Assembly (NCBI GenBank): GCA_938014945.1
Contig: CALLQH010000188.1
Span: 1-60,562, forward strand
Origin: an uncultured bacterium
Lineage (GTDB): Bacteria > Pseudomonadota > Alphaproteobacteria > SP197
Reading direction: 5' to 3'
DNA length: 60,562 nucleotides
Part shown: positions 52,449-60,562 of the stretch, piece after piece
Position numbering within the stretch: position 1 is the first letter of the stretch
Layout: the number at the start of each line of letters is the position of its first letter
Program-made: the position numbers and the translations under genes
The notes under the pieces: model-generated
Seen by the model: the letters and a program-made list of their open reading frames with translations, nothing else
What the model was told of the DNA's origin: nothing
Databases searched by the model: none

Positions 52449-53839
52449 TTGACGAGCATCGAGACGGCGGGCGGGCGGAACGAGGTCGGTGCGGGATCGG
52501 CGACCACGGCGCCGCCGGGCTGGATCTCCATTACCACCAGGCCGCGTTCGGGCTCGCCGTCGGCATCGAAGCGGAAGACACCCTCGATACCGGAGAAGCC
52601 GCGCCAGTCGGTGACGGCTTCCGTGCCGAACTCCTGGCCCTGCGCGGCATTGCGCGACAGGCCGGCGGCCAGCGCCATGGCGTCGTAGGCAAGGGCCGCC
52701 ACGGGCGGCGGCGTGCTGCCATAGGCGGCCTCGAAGCGGCCGTTGAACCAGGACATGCGGTCCTGCGGCGTCATCGCATACCAGGCGCCGCGCAGCAGCG
52801 GCTCGCGCAGCAGGCTGGGGTCATTCCAGTTGGCCAGACCCAGCAGGCGCACCTGGGTCGGGTTGACGTCGTAGTAGCCGAGCCATGCCGAAAGCTCGCG
52901 CAGCAGGGAGCCGGATTCGGGGATCAGAAGGGCGTCGAAGGACACCGTTCCGGCAGCTTCCATTTCTTCCAGGCGCGCGATGGCGGCAAGCGAAACCTCG
53001 TCGCCGCGCAGGCGCAGCTCGGCAATCTGGGCTTCGAGATCGGCCTGGCGCGCCTTGTAGCGGGTCAGCTCGCGCACCGTCTCCTCGATCCCCAGGCCGT
53101 CCGGGTTGTAGAAGGCGCGCTGCACCACCTGGCCGCCGTTCTGGGCCACGGCGCGCTCCATGGCGCCGGCCATGCGCCGTCCGAAGGCGTTCTGGGGCGC
53201 CAGCACGGCAAAGCGCAGGTAACCCTGCTGGGCGGCAAAGGCCACGACCCGGTCGACCTGCAGTTCGGGCGCGACGCCCAGCAGATAGACGCCGGGCTGG
53301 GCGACGGTGAGATCGGAGGAAAGCGCGATCATGGGGATACCGGCCTGCTGGGCGACCGGGGTCGCAGCCGTCACCTCCTGGGCAAAGAGCGGGCCGACGA
53401 TCAGGTCCGGCTGCCCCGCCAGCACCTGACGCACGGCCAGCGCCGCACCTTCGGGCGTGCCCTTGGTATCGGCCACGACCAGCTCCATGCGGTCGCCGCC
53501 GATGTCGAAGAGGGCAAGGCTTGCGGCATCCAGCAGATCGTTGCCGATGCCGCCGTACTGGCCGGACAGCGGCAGAACCAGGGCGATGCGCCGCGCGAAC
53601 TGGGCGGCCTCGCCGTAGTTCGCCTCGTCGGTGCCCGACAGCGGCGCGGTATCGACCTCCGGAGCCTCGGTGAAGGCGGGCTCGTCGGACGTCTCCTCGG
53701 GCTCGGCCACGACCTCGGGCGGCGCGGTATTGAAGTCGCGCTCCTGCGACTTGCAGCCGGCCATGGCCAGCACGAGGACAAGCGCGGCCATGCTCCAGAT
53801 GCCGGCTCCTGCCGTCCTGCTGCTTGCGCGTTCGATCAT
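52445..53839 (-). CDS. Penicillin-binding protein activator LpoA-like lipoprotein (type 1 periplasmic-binding fold)
   Basis: ATG 53839. The lipobox is LVLAMAGC. An acidic linker is followed by a Leu/Ile/Val-BP-like domain (IALVLPLSGQYGGIGNDLLDAASLAL...VGPLF). It is divergent from yraN, as in the E. coli lpoA-yraN locus. Confidence 0.7.
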   Translation of the reverse strand: MIERASSRTAGAGIWSMAALVLVLAMAGCKSQERDFNTAPPEVVAEPEETSDEPAFTEAPEVDTAPLSGTDEANYGEAAQFARRIALVLPLSGQYGGIGNDLLDAASLALFDIGGDRMELVVADTKGTPEGAALAVRQVLAGQPDLIVGPLFAQEVTAATPVAQQAGIPMIALSSDLTVAQPGVYLLGVAPELQVDRVVAFAAQQGYLRFAVLAPQNAFGRRMAGAMERAVAQNGGQVVQRAFYNPDGLGIEETVRELTRYKARQADLEAQIAELRLRGDEVSLAAIARLEEMEAAGTVSFDALLIPESGSLLRELSAWLGYYDVNPTQVRLLGLANWNDPSLLREPLLRGAWYAMTPQDRMSWFNGRFEAAYGSTPPPVAALAYDAMALAAGLSRNAAQGQEFGTEAVTDWRGFSGIEGVFRFDADGEPERGLVVMEIQPGGAVVADPAPTSFRPPAVSMLVN

Positions 53840-53971
53840 GGCTGCTCTCTCCGTGGCGTCTGCGCCTCTGTTATCATCTTTGGCGAACCGGGCGGAAATG
53901 AGAAGGCGTACAGACGGCCCATCATGGCGACAACCGACCCACTCTCCCTCACCCCCGTGACGGATTAACGC

Positions 53972-54337
53972 ATGGCGCGCACGGCCGATCCCGCCCGCCG
54001 CCGGGCCGAACGATTCGGCCGCAGGGCAGAAACCCTGGCCGCCCTGATGCTGATGGCCCAGGGGTTCCGCATCCTGGCGCGGCGGGTGCGCGGCCCCGGC
54101 GGCGAGATCGACATCCTGGCCCGCCGCAGCCGGCTGCTGGTGGCCTGCGAGGTCAAGGCGCGCGGCCGTCACGAGACCGAGGTGGTCAGCACGCGCCAGT
54201 GGCAGCGCATCGCCGCCGCGCTCGACGGCCATGTCGCGCGTCATGGGCAACTGGCAGCCTGCGACAGGCGTTTTGATCTGATCGAGATCGTCTCGGGCCG
54301 CCTGCCGCGCCATCACCGCGACGTCTGGAGGCCATGA
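53972..54337 (+). CDS. yraN: YraN family (UPF0102) endonuclease-like protein
   Basis: 121 aa, with G...E..A...L...G.RILARR.R...GEIDILA......LVACEVKAR and RFDLIEI. Confidence 0.85.
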   Translation: MARTADPARRRAERFGRRAETLAALMLMAQGFRILARRVRGPGGEIDILARRSRLLVACEVKARGRHETEVVSTRQWQRIAAALDGHVARHGQLAACDRRFDLIEIVSGRLPRHHRDVWRP

Positions 54338-54424
54338 AGCGCCGCAAAAATGTCGGCTTGTGGTGTGCCAATGGCTTTATCGAACCTATAGTTTCACCGA
54401 TCAGACCAAAAGGGACCAACAACG

Positions 54425-55015
54425 ATGACGCTCCCGCGCCTCGTCACGATCCTTGCCCTGTGCGCCACCGGGCTGCTTTCCTCGGGCTGCACCAGCCTGT
54501 TCATCGGTGCCGCCGCCACCGGAGGCATTGCGGTTGCCGAGGACCGCTCGGTCGGCACGCAGATCGACGACGCCACGATCAAGATCGCCGTCAGCGAAAG
54601 CCTGTTCAGCTACAACGAGCAGCTGTTCCAGGACGTCTCCATCGACGTCACGGAAGGCCGCGTGCTGCTCACCGGCAAGGTCGAGGATCCCCAGGACCGC
54701 ATCGAGGCGGTGCGCCTGGCCTGGCAGGCCGAGGGCGTGAAGGAAGTCATCAACGAGATCCAGGTGACCGACAAGGGCGGCATCGGCAGCTACATGACCG
54801 ACGTGCGCATCTCCAACGAGCTGCGCGCCGACCTGCTGTTCGACAGCCAGGTCCAGGCGATCAACTACAACGTCGATACCGTGGGCCAGATCGTCTACCT
54901 GACCGGCATTGCCCAGAGCCAGGAGGAGCTGCAGCGGGTGATCGACACCGCGCGCACCATCTCTGGCGTCAAGCAGGTGGTCAGCCACGTCCGGGTGAAG
55001 GCGCCCACTGGCTGA
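54425..55015 (+). CDS. BON-domain lipoprotein (DolP/YraP/OsmY-like)
   Basis: The lipobox is LLSSGC. There are two BON domains (IDVTEGRVLLTGKV.....R and VDTVGQIVYLTGIAQSQEE......A....GVK.V. Confidence 0.85.
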   Translation: MTLPRLVTILALCATGLLSSGCTSLFIGAAATGGIAVAEDRSVGTQIDDATIKIAVSESLFSYNEQLFQDVSIDVTEGRVLLTGKVEDPQDRIEAVRLAWQAEGVKEVINEIQVTDKGGIGSYMTDVRISNELRADLLFDSQVQAINYNVDTVGQIVYLTGIAQSQEELQRVIDTARTISGVKQVVSHVRVKAPTG

Positions 55016-55086
55016 CCGTTTCACTGCCGTGTTAAGCAGGGGACCGCTGCGGCACCGGCCGCCTGACCTCTGAAGGGACTTGCCGC

Positions 55087-56034
55087 ATGGCGCTATCGGT
55101 CGCGGTCCAGATGGACCCCGTTGAAGGCATCAACATCGATGCCGACACCACCTTCGTCATGTCGCTGGAGGCGCAGGAGCGCGGCCATGCGGTGTACTTC
55201 TATACGCCGCGCGACCTGATCTTCCGCGAGGGCAAGGTGCTGGCCTATGCCCGGCCCATGTTCCTGCGCCGCAAGAAGGGCGATCACGTCACGCTCGGCA
55301 ATCCGGCGCTGATGGATCTCTCGGAGATGGATGTCGTCCTGATGCGTCAGGACCCGCCCTTCGACATGGCCTACATCACGGCCACCCATCTGCTGGAGAA
55401 GATCCACCCGAAGACCCTGGTGGTGAACGATCCCGCAGAGGTGCGCAACGCGCCCGAGAAGATCTTCGTCACCCAGTTCGAGGGCGTCATGCCGCCGACG
55501 CTGATCGCTTCTTCTCTTCAGGCGATCCGCGACTTCCGCGAGGAGCACGAGGACATCATCGTCAAGCCGCTCTACGGCAACGGCGGCGCCGGCGTCTTCC
55601 ACCTCAAGCCCGGCGACGAGAACCTCGGCGCCCTGCTGGAGATGTTCACCCAGATGTTCCGCGAGCCGGTGATCGTGCAGAAGTACGTCGCCGCCGTGCG
55701 CGAGGGCGACAAGCGCATCATCCTGATCGACGGCAAGCCGGTGGGTGCGATCAACCGCATTCCCGCGGCCGGCGAATCCCGCTCCAACATGCATGTCGGC
55801 GGCAAGCCGGTCGCCTCGACGCTGACCCAGCGCGAGCGCGAGATCTGCGACACGATCGGCCCGGAGCTCGCCCGCCGCGGCATGATCCTGGTCGGCATCG
55901 ACGTCATCGGCGGTTATCTCACCGAGATCAACGTCACCTCGCCCACCGGCATCCAGGAAATCAACCGCTTCGACGATGTGAAGCTGGAAGCGACCCTGTG
56001 GGATGCCATCGACCGCCGTCTGGCGCGCCGCTGA
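55087..56034 (+). CDS. gshB: Glutathione synthetase
   Basis: Motifs are DTTF.....AQ.RGH....Y....[27 protein letters not shown] and RSN...GG. Confidence 0.95.
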   Translation: MALSVAVQMDPVEGINIDADTTFVMSLEAQERGHAVYFYTPRDLIFREGKVLAYARPMFLRRKKGDHVTLGNPALMDLSEMDVVLMRQDPPFDMAYITATHLLEKIHPKTLVVNDPAEVRNAPEKIFVTQFEGVMPPTLIASSLQAIRDFREEHEDIIVKPLYGNGGAGVFHLKPGDENLGALLEMFTQMFREPVIVQKYVAAVREGDKRIILIDGKPVGAINRIPAAGESRSNMHVGGKPVASTLTQREREICDTIGPELARRGMILVGIDVIGGYLTEINVTSPTGIQEINRFDDVKLEATLWDAIDRRLARR

Positions 56035-56062
56035 ACGGCCCTGAGACCGGGCCCGGCCTGCC

Positions 56063-56422
56063 TCAGTCCTGCGGATAGAGGCGCTTGAGCGCCGCGCCCG
56101 CCTCGGCAAGGGCATCGGCAAGTTCGGGCAGTGCGGCTTCCAGAGCCGGCGCATCCTTGCCGCGCGCTGCGCGCTGGATGACATCGGCCAGCGTGGCGAC
56201 CCGGTGCGCCCCGAAGTTCCCGGCGTTCGATACCAGGTTGTGCGCGGGCCGGTAGACCGCTTCCCAGTCGCCGGCCGCCCAGGCGCGCCGCAGCTCGCCG
56301 TCAAGGCGCTGCGCCTGGACGAGATACTCGCCGATGAACCCCTTCATGCGCTCGGCGCCCAGCACCGCTTCCAGTGATTTCAGTGCTTGGCGGTCGATGA
56401 CCGCCGGATGCTCTTCCTGCAT
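56063..56422 (-). CDS. Stand-alone histidine phosphotransfer (Hpt) domain protein
   Basis: ATG 56422 (MQEEHPAVID). The Hpt signature AHNLVSNAGNFGA fits HxxKGxxxxxGA. Length is about 119 aa and the protein looks all-helical. Confidence 0.75.
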   Translation of the reverse strand: MQEEHPAVIDRQALKSLEAVLGAERMKGFIGEYLVQAQRLDGELRRAWAAGDWEAVYRPAHNLVSNAGNFGAHRVATLADVIQRAARGKDAPALEAALPELADALAEAGAALKRLYPQD

Positions 56423-56512
56423 TGTCCTCGTTTCCTGATCCCGCCTGCATGATGGACACGCAGAAGTTGCTGGCAAGGCCTGACTTGGGGCAGCTGGGGA
56501 AAGGCCTGCGGC

Positions 56513-56998
56513 TCAGGCGCGGTAGAGGTAGTAGCGCCCGGGTCTGACGTCTGCGGGCAGGTCCAGGCTCTGCCAGCCGGGGTGGGGCAGGGGCTGGTCG
56601 GAAACCAGCACGGCGCCGGGCGCCAGCAGGGGCGGAAGATGTTCGGCGAGCCAGGCGCCCAGTGCCCGGCTGGCCGCCTCGTCCCCGCTGCCGATATCGA
56701 CATGGACCAGTGCGGCGGCGGCGCCCAGGCGGGCGCGTGCGCGCGGCAGGGTGTCTTCCAGTTCGCCGAGGAACAGATGGTCGTGATCGGGGATGCAGTC
56801 GGGATGGGCCGCGACCTGACGGTCGAAGCAGAAGATTTCGCGCCGCGGCAGGATCTCGCGCAGGTGGTCGAAGGTACGGCCGTTGCCCAGGCCCAGTTCC
56901 AGGACATGGCCCGGCGAACCGGCGATCAGCTCGGCGGCAAGGCCAAGGCACGCCCGCTGGGCGGAGAGGCGGCGGATGACGCTGTCGAGGCGGCTCAC
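56513..56998 (-). CDS. Small class I SAM-dependent methyltransferase-like protein
   Basis: GTG 56998 overlaps the stop of the cNMP-binding gene (GTGA). The motif I-like sequence is VLELGLGNGRTFDHL. An acidic residue follows beta-2 (FCFDR). Length is 161 aa. Confidence 0.6.
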   Translation of the reverse strand: MSRLDSVIRRLSAQRACLGLAAELIAGSPGHVLELGLGNGRTFDHLREILPRREIFCFDRQVAAHPDCIPDHDHLFLGELEDTLPRARARLGAAAALVHVDIGSGDEAASRALGAWLAEHLPPLLAPGAVLVSDQPLPHPGWQSLDLPADVRPGRYYLYRA

Positions 56999-57465
56999 CG
57001 GCGGGTCACGGTGTGGCCGCCGTGGGAGACGGCCTCGCGCAGCTGCGCGGTGGTACGCTCCACGCGGCGGGCCAGCTCGCGCATGATCTCGATCGACATG
57101 GACGGAAACTGCGAGACGAGCTGGAAGAACAGGTCCTTGGAGATCATCAGGGTCTCCAGGTCGCTGCGCGCCTGGACGGTGGCGGTGCGCGGCACGTCGC
57201 ACAGGATCGCGGTTTCGCCCAGGAAATCGTTCTTCCTCAGCGTCGCCACGGTGACCGGCCCGTTGTCCGTCGCCACGATGACGTCGGCCTCGCCGTCGAT
57301 GATGATATAGGCGGAATCGCCCTCGTCGCCCTGCTCGCAGATGATGTCGCCCTCGCCGAAACTGAGGCGCTGCGCCGTGAAGGCGAGCAGCTTCAGCTTG
57401 CTGGGCTCGATCTTGGCAAAGAGCGGGATGTTGCGGAGAAGATCGACATCCTGCTGCAGACTCAT
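56995..57465 (-). CDS. Stand-alone cyclic-nucleotide-binding (CAP effector-domain) protein without an HTH
   Basis: The sequence LRNIPLFAKIEPSKLKLLAFTAQRLSFGEGDIICEQGDEGDSAYIIIDGEADV....FLGETAIL...PRTATV.A matches the FGE...R[ST]A phosphate-binding cassette. Length is 156 aa. Confidence 0.85.
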   Translation of the reverse strand: MSLQQDVDLLRNIPLFAKIEPSKLKLLAFTAQRLSFGEGDIICEQGDEGDSAYIIIDGEADVIVATDNGPVTVATLRKNDFLGETAILCDVPRTATVQARSDLETLMISKDLFFQLVSQFPSMSIEIMRELARRVERTTAQLREAVSHGGHTVTRR

Positions 57466-57488
57466 TGGGTGTACTCCATGGTTGCGGC

Positions 57489-60188
57489 TTATTCCGCCGC
57501 GATCAGTTCGCTCAGCAGCGAACCTTTATCGACCAGTTCGTCATAGGTGCCCCGTTCGGCCAGACGGCCGCCCGACATCACCAGCACACGGTCGAAGCCG
57601 CGGGCCTGGCTGGGACGGTGCATCACCCAGATCAACGCGCGACCCGCGAATTCCTCGCGCACATTTCTCAATATGGTGCTCTGGGAGGAGCCGTCCAACG
57701 ACGCGGTGGCTTCCGAGAGGATGAGGATGGCGGGCTTCTTGAGCACGGCGCGTGCGATCGAGGCCTTCTGGCGCTGCGCGGGCGAGAGGCGCGCGCCGCC
57801 GATGCCGACCTCGAAGTCGAGGCCGACCTCGACGACCACGGAGCGCAGGTTGAGCGTCTCGATGACGTCCGACATCAGCTCGCCCACCTTCGACTGCGCC
57901 TGGGCGCGGCCATAGACCAGCTTGCCGAACAGAATGTTGTCCTGCAGCGAGGAGGCGGCGTTGTAGCGGTCGACATCGAAGAACTCGACGGCGTCGCGCA
58001 GGTTCTCGGGAAGGTTCTCGGCAAAGGCCTTGCGTGCTTCCAGGATGCGCGCCTGGAAGGCCTCGTCGATCAGGCCCAGGCGGTGGCGCGCCGGCGACAG
58101 CTTGAACGGCAGCGCCAGCAGCTTCATGCGGTCTTCGGCTTCCAGCTTGTCCAGGCCGTCCCGTTCGACCTTGCGCAGAATCGCCTGATAGTCCGGCAGA
58201 TCGTCCAGGCTGATGAAGGAGAACTGGGCAAAGTATTCGTGATCGGGCGGCAGGCCGGCGAACAGCTCGACCATGGTCTGGGCGACCTCGTGGCCGATGG
58301 AAAGCAGGTCCTCGACCAGGCCCGCCTTGCCCAGAATCTCCATGACGTAGGCGTTCTGCGGCAGCTGATCGAGATCGAAGGCATCGCCCACCGGCGTACC
58401 GAACAGCAGGTTCTCGCCCACCGTGGCGTTCAGGTTGTAGGCGCTGCGGTCGAAGGATTCGACCAGCCCGCTGTAGGCCTTTTCGGTGAGGCGCGTCTGC
58501 AGCATGTGGCGCGCCTCCAGCAGACGATGCGCCGCCGCGGGGCGGGCCTCGGGATCGAGCGTGCCGCGCAGGCCCAGCAGATAGACGTCGTTCTCCATGT
58601 CGGCGACGATCAGGGCGTGGCGCACCGCCTCGATCAGCGCCTCGCGGGTGGCGATGCCCAGGCCCTCCAGGTCGACCCAGTCGGCTTCCGGATCGTCCAG
58701 GCTGTTGCCGGTCTTGGAGGCCTCGTCGATGTAGCGGGCGAGCGAGCGGCGCCTGTCCTCGCCCTCGTCCTCGCGCGCGGCCTGGGGCTTCTGCCGGATG
58801 CCGTAGAGCAGGTTGTCGAGCAGGCGTGCCGAGAACAGGTGCGAACTCGCCCCGACATAACCGATGCTCTTGCCGGTGGCGGCTTCGGTCAGCTGCCCGG
58901 CTTCGGCCTGGCCATAACGCAGGGTGCCGCCGCTGGTGTCGAGCAGGCGCGCCAGCAGCAGCGCCAGATGGCCCTTGCCGCTGGTCGCGTCGCCGACCAC
59001 GGCGACATGGCTGTCGAGCGGGATTTCGGCGGAGAGGTTCTCGATCAGGAGGTCGCCGTCCTCCTCGTACTTCAGGTTCACGGCGGCGAGCTTGCCCTCC
59101 AGGCGCGGCGCCTCGGCATCGCCGAAGACGATGTTCTCCTCGCGCATCCCCGGGGTGGCGAACTGGGCGACGACCTGGTCGTACTTGATCGCCGCGTCGG
59201 CCTGGATCTGGTAGTGGTTCAGCAGTTCCTTCCAGGGCGGCGGCAGGTCCTTGTAGGCCGCCAGCACGGCGACCAGGCCGCCCAGCGAGAGATCGCCCGT
59301 GATCACGAAATAGCCGCCGATCGCGTAGAAGAAGAACGGCGTCATCTGCGCGAGGATGCTGTTGAGGAACTTGATGAAGAACTTCTTGTTGTAGATGTCG
59401 AAGCGGATTTCGAAGATCCGCCCCATGCGCTGGGTGAACTCGGCCAGTTCCCAGCGCGCCATGCCGTTGGCATGCATCTCCTCGGCCGAATGCACGGTTT
59501 CGGCGATGCGCTCGGAGAGCTTTCTCACCTCGCGCACGCGCGCCTTGCCCAGCAGGTTCACCCGCTTCTGCAGCTTCGGAATGATCCAGCCCTGCACGGG
59601 ATAGAGCGAGATGGAGGCAAGCCCCATCCAGAAATCCTGCATGAAGATGAAGATCAGCGCCGTGATCAGCAGACCGCCCTGATACATCGGCAGGGCCAGC
59701 GCATCGCCGATGAAGCCGCCCAGCGGTTCGACTTCCTGGGTGATCATCGGGATCAGTTCGCCCGCACTCACCCGCCGGAAGTGCGGCAGGGGAAAACGCA
59801 GGATGCGGCTGTAGAGCTGATAGCGCAGGCGGCGCAGCATGCGCTCGCCCAGGCGGCCCTTGTAGACGTTGATGAAGTACTTGAAGCCGCCGTTGATCAG
59901 CACCAGCAGCAGGAAAAGGCCGCTGTAGAGCGCCAGCAGCCACAGGCGGTGCAGATCGAACAGTTCGTAGCCCATCAGCACAAAGGTGCGCGGCGCCACG
60001 TCGACGCCGGCTGAAACCGAGCCCGAGGAGTATTCAACCGTCGCTTCGTTGAGGACGTTGTTGACGATCAGCTTCGGGATATCGAGGGAGACGTAATAGA
60101 ACGGCAGGGAGAGTACGGTGAAGAGCAGGATGAACACCTGCTCCCGTTTCGAAAAACGAAAGACAAAACCGTAGATGGTCCGATCCAT
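57489..60188 (-). CDS. Fused ABC exporter (type I exporter TMD + NBD) with degenerate NBD motifs and a large intra-NBD insertion
   Basis: I prefer ATG 60188 (MDRTIYGF). The ORF extends to TTG 60218. The N-terminal roughly 340 aa carry six hydrophobic helices. The Walker A-like motif is GDATSGKG, the signature-like motif is LSPAQRQ, the Walker B-like motif is ILILSEATASLD and the H-loop is VMHRP. Confidence 0.85.
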   Translation of the reverse strand: MDRTIYGFVFRFSKREQVFILLFTVLSLPFYYVSLDIPKLIVNNVLNEATVEYSSGSVSAGVDVAPRTFVLMGYELFDLHRLWLLALYSGLFLLLVLINGGFKYFINVYKGRLGERMLRRLRYQLYSRILRFPLPHFRRVSAGELIPMITQEVEPLGGFIGDALALPMYQGGLLITALIFIFMQDFWMGLASISLYPVQGWIIPKLQKRVNLLGKARVREVRKLSERIAETVHSAEEMHANGMARWELAEFTQRMGRIFEIRFDIYNKKFFIKFLNSILAQMTPFFFYAIGGYFVITGDLSLGGLVAVLAAYKDLPPPWKELLNHYQIQADAAIKYDQVVAQFATPGMREENIVFGDAEAPRLEGKLAAVNLKYEEDGDLLIENLSAEIPLDSHVAVVGDATSGKGHLALLLARLLDTSGGTLRYGQAEAGQLTEAATGKSIGYVGASSHLFSARLLDNLLYGIRQKPQAAREDEGEDRRRSLARYIDEASKTGNSLDDPEADWVDLEGLGIATREALIEAVRHALIVADMENDVYLLGLRGTLDPEARPAAAHRLLEARHMLQTRLTEKAYSGLVESFDRSAYNLNATVGENLLFGTPVGDAFDLDQLPQNAYVMEILGKAGLVEDLLSIGHEVAQTMVELFAGLPPDHEYFAQFSFISLDDLPDYQAILRKVERDGLDKLEAEDRMKLLALPFKLSPARHRLGLIDEAFQARILEARKAFAENLPENLRDAVEFFDVDRYNAASSLQDNILFGKLVYGRAQAQSKVGELMSDVIETLNLRSVVVEVGLDFEVGIGGARLSPAQRQKASIARAVLKKPAILILSEATASLDGSSQSTILRNVREEFAGRALIWVMHRPSQARGFDRVLVMSGGRLAERGTYDELVDKGSLLSELIAAE

Positions 60189-60333
60189 GATCGCAGACCG
60201 CTTCCCCCGAAACCCCAAGTCGGGGCCAGTCTAGGCCATAGCGGTCAAAGCCGTAAACGAAGCTTCTTTACGCCGTCTTTTGTCCTTGTTCGGGGTGTGG
60301 CATAGTTGCCTTCCCGTTGGGAAGGGAACCGGG

Positions 60334-60562
60334 ATGGCCTCGGTGACGCAGCGTCCGCGTGTGCTGATCTACAGCCACGACAGCTTCGGCCTGGGCCACC
60401 TCAGGCGCTGTCGTGCGATTGCGCACGCCATGGTGGGCGCGGTCGACAACCTCACGGTTCTCATCCTCTCGGGCTCGCCGATCATCGGCAGCTTCGATTT
60501 CCGGGCACGCGTCGATTTCGTGCGCGTGCCGGGCGTCATCAAACTCCGGAACGGCGAATACA
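60334..60562 (+). CDS. Glycosyltransferase (MurG/GT-B-like N-terminal domain, COG4671-like), 5' fragment running off the window end
   Basis: Not in the ORF track because no stop falls inside the window. My own translation from ATG 60334 gives MASVTQRPRVLIYSHDSFGLGHLRRCRAIAHAMVGAVDNLTVLILSGSPIIG..., with a glycine-rich GLGH loop after beta-1 and high GC3. Confidence 0.55.
   Translation, partial: MASVTQRPRVLIYSHDSFGLGHLRRCRAIAHAMVGAVDNLTVLILSGSPIIGSFDFRARVDFVRVPGVIKLRNGEY

Overview
A 60.6-kb, very GC-rich chromosomal segment (third codon positions are almost all G/C; GC content not computed). Gene content and synteny look alphaproteobacterial. I call about 59 tightly packed protein-coding genes, many joined by ATGA/GTGA start-stop overlaps.

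Core blocks:
- rpsT-dnaA-dnaN-recF-gyrB
- coaBC-dut
- katG
- ubiE-ubiB, with mutM divergent
- a PBP1-type cell-wall synthase
- four cobalamin genes (cobA-cobB, with cbiD-cobK divergent)
- nth and dapB
- heat-shock genes dnaK-dnaJ and hrcA-grpE, both with RpoH-type promoters
- rph-rdgB-hemW
- lpoA-like/yraN/BON lipoprotein
- gshB

By eye I saw no rRNA, tRNA, CRISPR array, transposase, integrase or phage genes. Most large ORFs on the opposite strand are GC-driven shadow ORFs.

Accessory or unusual parts, most interesting first:
1. 56.0-60.6 kb: an ABC exporter whose ATPase domain has degenerate catalytic motifs and a roughly 270-aa insertion. It is followed in the same orientation by a stand-alone cyclic-nucleotide-binding protein, a small SAM-methyltransferase and an Hpt protein, and is divergent from a glycosyltransferase.
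2. 27.2-30.8 kb: an ECF sigma factor with no recognisable anti-sigma, next to a CheY-like receiver, a PAS hybrid kinase and a NarL-type regulator. The divergent spacer carries nested inverted repeats built on the rare ACTAGT hexamer.
3. 4.9-8.5 kb: two tandem cyclase-TolB_N-TPR paralogs sharing a 381-nt base-identical tract inside otherwise diverged genes.
4. 8.5-10.1 kb: an E1-like MoeB/ThiF gene flanked by a Cys8 zinc-ribbon (DUF1272) protein and a DsrE-like protein.
5. 11.85 kb: a Fur-family (PerR/Irr-like) 7-1-7 box upstream of katG.
6. 44.0-47.9 kb: a CpxP/Spy-like envelope-stress module with candidate operator repeats.

All functional calls rest on motif recognition from the translated ORFs. 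No database search was run.
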